Shown here: positions 60,022 to 64,000 of the stretch, in pieces
Layout: each line of letters opens with the position of its first letter
Position numbering within the stretch: the stretch's first letter is position 1
Assembly: GCA_946965045.2 (NCBI GenBank)
Contig: OX337235.1
Coordinates: forward strand, 496,001-560,000
Direction of reading: 5' to 3'
DNA from: Epithemia pelagica
Taxonomy: Eukaryota > Protista > Bacillariophyta
DNA: 64,000 bases
Notes under the pieces: model-generated
What the model saw: the letters and a program-made list of their open reading frames with translations, nothing else
What the model was told of the DNA's origin: nothing
Databases searched by the model: none
Program-made: the position numbers and the translations under genes

Positions 60022-63000
60022 TCAGCCCAGAAATTCCAATGCCAGCTTGTCGCCAATCGCGTCGGAAATGCGTTTTCCAATTTCCGCCTCCAACAAGTCC
60101 GCCACTTGGGCTCCACCGGCAATTTCCTCAAATACCCTCGTCAAGTCCTCGGTATCGGAGCTAGACCGGACCGTTCCCATTGGAGAAGCACCAGCGATTT
60201 GCCGCAACTGGGACTTGTTACAACGGGATCGAAAGGCAATCACGTAGAGTTCAAGGTCAGATCCTGTCTGGTCCTTGATTTCTTGGTTTAGATCCACAAA
60301 GAGGGATGCGGCAGCAGTTGCGTCGGGCGCTTCGCCATCGCTCATGAAGACGACCACAGGTGTGTGCGAAGATGGAGTTCCTCTAGCCACTTCACAGGCC
60401 ACCCGCGCAGCTGGCTCAAACCGCGTACCCATGCTTGTTCGATTCAGAGTCGTACGAGCGGAACCGATAGGACTTTGGTTGACCGTAGTTCGGGCTGATT
60501 TTGAGAACTGGACCACCGAAACAAGATCGGAATTGCATTGGTACTTTTTTCGTCGCTCAATATACCGGTTGTAGGCCGCTACGACACCCACCCAATCGTT
60601 GCGCATCGAGCGAGATTCATCTAGAACAAACACAATATGGCGATCATAGCTCACAGGACGTCTGCTCTCTTCTACCGCTGGAATCAGAGGCACCACTGTC
60701 ACTTCACGTTCATCTTTGTTGCCCGGGTGGTCCCGGTAGGCCTCAACGATTTGCTGCTCGGTTTGAGCCGTTTCCGTTGGATTAAATGTGCAAATGAACA
60801 AATCAATCCCACGTGAAATCAATTTGCCAACCACACCATCACAGGTCAGACAATTGGGGTGCGTTGTGCCATCATAGTCGTCGGCATTCGGACTACTCAA
60901 TACAAACGGATCAACCATAGTGTGGGCGGCACCATCCGTCAAAACCATCATAAACTTCAATCTAGAATCCCAGTCTCCTGGGGCATCCCAGCTCCCGCAA
61001 CGGTCCATCGCCCCCAGAATGTCCTCAGCTAAGTCCCCGCCACCTGAGGTTACATTGCAGAGATTTTCAGCATATCGAATTGCTTTCTTTGTGTCTTCAG
61101 TGAAATGCTCGTCTCGAACGGACCAACAAATCTCTTCAAACTGTTTGTCCCCGTCACAAATATCACGGAATCCCATGACGGCAACTCGTCTATCGTGAAT
61201 TCCGTGTCCGGAAAATTTGTCTTTAATTTGCCCATTAGAGCACCATGCTGGTCCACTAAAGTATGAATGGTAGACGCAACCGCAGGTGCATATGGTCCCA
61301 TACTTCCAGTCACATCGACCAGAAATGCAAGGTCAATGGTGGGGCATGTTCCGATTTCCGCGTTTTTCATCCTGTAGTACATTTCATTAAAAGCGCTGCA
61401 CGCTAGTTCCATGTCGCCGGCAAGCAACGCGTTGAAATACTTGTAAGTGTTTTCGTCTTTTTCTGTGGCATCCTGAAGCTGGGATTCAAGCTCTTGGTAA
61501 TGGGAAACACGTTTTGCTCGTCGGACTGCCAAAAGCCAGTCATATCGATATTCTCGTGGGATTCTACCGGCTTCTCCCATCGCAATCCGAAAGTTTTGAC
61601 ATAGGTCAGACTCCAGCAGGACCATTTCATAGGAACCTTTCTTTCCTTGTCGTGCTGTGCGTCCTTGAATCTGAATCTCCTCGCTCAACTCTTCAGACAG
61701 GAAGGTCTGAATAATGTGTACTCCTCCATTTCGTTGGACAATATCGTCCTTGCAAAAGAAATCGGTCCCACGACCGAAAACGGCCGTACACAAGGTGATT
61801 TGGCCAGCAGTTGCGGCTTTCTTGACAGCAAAGTCTTTATCTGATTTGTCCATCTCTTCGGACAACAAAAGGACATGTCGTCCAAGCTTTTTGAAAAACG
61901 GACTAGACTTGTAGTCCTTCAAGCATACGAGGTTTCGGAAAAATACAATTGTCGCCCGATTTTGACGGGTTACCTGTAGAGTTGATGCTGTGATTGAGTG
62001 ATAGAAGTCGCTTGTCGATGTTTCGAACGATATGCCATCGCCCACTTCGTCAAACTTGAAGTTAGACTCGCCATATACACTTGGAATGTAGACAAACCGA
62101 TCAATTCCATACTTGGCCAAAACCTCTCTCTCGTAGAGACCCATTGCAGCGATGGTGCCTGATACACCCAGAATCCGTTTCGGTGATATGTTTGCATAGG
62201 AGAACTGTCCGCATGAAATTGTCATTGATAGAACCTGCGCAAGCGTCAAATCTACATCACGTAATTTTCCTTTATCGGCTTCTTGAAGGTACGCAAACAT
62301 CGTACAATATCCGTACGTCACATCGTATTCATACGTATCCATGATCTTGTACCCAATCCGATTTGAAATGGGGTCAAGGCGGTAGCGCGGTTCGTCGTTC
62401 ACTTTTTTGACTTGGCTCATCATCAACACAATCTCATTGTCGATGATATCAGTGAACCTGGGGTATTTTCTGATCAAGTTTCGATAAGGCCCAGTAGCCT
62501 TGACGTCGGATAGCCGAAGCTGGCCGCCGACGCTTTTATGTTCAACCCAAATATATTGAAGAATTTCAGTAACTTCTGTATCTCGAAGCTTCGCACCTTG
62601 GTTGTATGTCTGTCCGTAGAAGTCCGAGCCAAAGAACACATCAAGCTCGTCAACAAGCAAGATTTCTTCCTCCTCTGGTTGTTCTCGTCTCCTTCCCGTC
62701 TGTACTAGTTCGCCTCGTAGCATACTTTCGGTCATCCGACGTATGTCACCTTTCGCGGAGATGGTTTCCTCAGAAAATGTTGTTATCTTGGAGTAGTTGA
62801 TGCGATCCAATAACTTGAAGATTGCGAATAGATCTTTAAAGAGCTCATAGTCACGAGTCGAAAGATAATCACTGTAGCAAACGCAGCGGACTCGATAGCC
62901 AAGTAGAGCAAGAACGGTAGCAGTCGCGCCTAGAATAAGCGATTTCCCTTCTCCCGTTCGCACCTGCATAGCCTGGCTTTCCAACGAGAAACTCGTGGGC

Positions 63001-64000
63001 TCACCACATCCCAGCATACACAACAGCGTGAAGACTTGGATGTTATGAGGCTTCATCAATATCTTATTTCCCAGTCTTTCGTCCTCGATGCGGTTATAGC
63101 TAGTGCCAGATTTCAGAACAGTGAATACTGCAAACACACCTGCAAGGATCATGGGTATTTTCTTTTTCACCTCTGGACGCCAGCCTCCGATACAGTTCAC
63201 CGGTTTGAGTTCATTCGACATTCTGGTAACAATTTCAACAAGCCCGCTAGTATCAGCGTCATGTGGCAAAAATGTAGCAAGAAAGTTTTTAAAGGTCTCC
63301 TCGACCGCGAAGAAATTTGATAAAAGTTCATTTGAGTCAACAGAGAAATTGGCTGCCATATTCTCGGTGCAAGGTTTCACCTGAATTTGACGCACTGTGT
63401 CCTCACACGGTTTCTGACATGTTTCTTCATTCCAAACCATCGTGATCACCTCCCTAAAGTGGCTGAATTCGCCTAAATTCATGTGGCAAATGCGATTTTC
63501 GTCATCACTTGCATCTTGATCACCACGCTGCAATGATAACCCTAGCTCGAACAAGAAACTAGGGCCCCATCCGTACTGGAGACATGACTCTAACGAAGTA
63601 GACATTGTCAATTTGGTCAGTTCTCGGAAGTGTTGGAGATCGTCCATAACGGATCCCAGTCGGACAAGGTTTCTTCGAAAACCGATAACTTTTTGGTTTC
63701 CATTTGGATATTTTGCCAGCACCTGATGCAAACAATCTCCCAGTGACTCAATGCCCGATTCAATTTTGCTCAAAATTCCGGTCGTCCATGATGTTGGGAA
63801 AATATCAGCATGTGATTTCAAGCTAGTTTCAATTTTCTTCAAATCGATGATACTGTCGTTCAAAGCTTTGTATTTATGTTCTGCCCAGTTTGTTTCGACA
63901 TCAACTCTCACCCCATCCACATATTCTTTTACCAATCTAACGACTGCGTCATAAGTGGATCTTGATTCGTAAAGTGGTTCAACAAGGTCATCCAGCAACC
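60022..64000 (-). CDS. SecA-like DEAD helicase followed by two vWA domains (5' part off-window; frameshift near 61190)
   Basis: TGEGKS, CYSDYLSTRD, VDELD, GVSGT, TAVFGRGTDF, GGVHI...QIQGRTARQGKKGS. vWA1: DLAFLVDVTGSM...VAVMGFRD...GGGDLAED...TDG. vWA2: IVFVLDESRSM...GTRF...FMSDG. Confidence 0.87.

Noticed and set aside
61050-63998. Bacterial or plastid SecA translocase (contamination)
   Set aside because: Motifs are divergent, it is fused to vWA domains, and it is embedded among intron-containing eukaryotic genes.

Overview
Eukaryotic, intron-containing DNA whose gene content points to a diatom-like stramenopile (inference). The main candidate novelty is a two-exon gene, present as two inverted copies (32266-35638 minus; 42714-46034 plus), that splices a signal-peptide-bearing cyclooxygenase (PGHS/COX)-like heme peroxidase in frame to a C-terminal multipass TLC-like (HH-motif) membrane domain. 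The copies lie in a shuffled inverted segmental duplication that also carries a single-pass Cys-rich membrane protein family and a (TG)105 expansion. Mobile elements: a young full-length Ty1/copia element (LTRs differ by 1 nt, 5-bp TSD, palindromic non-tRNA PBS) inserted in a PKD-domain neutral ceramidase gene; a second copia 3' fragment; a 5'-truncated Penelope-like element with a hammerhead ribozyme; and a MITE-like element. Other genes: secreted Cys-motif protein, BSD protein, two TM9SF paralogues, ABHD18-like hydrolase, Kelch protein, FkbM methyltransferase, ERCC6L/PICH-like SNF2 helicase plus a partial duplicate, GT92 glycosyltransferase, Crinkler-type NTPase-REase, peptidase S51, DEP-DUF1769 protein and a SecA-like helicase-vWA-vWA protein. 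Many genes carry frameshifts, stops or local duplications, so the region is decaying and/or the assembly has indel errors. All assignments are by-eye motif recognition; no searches were run.
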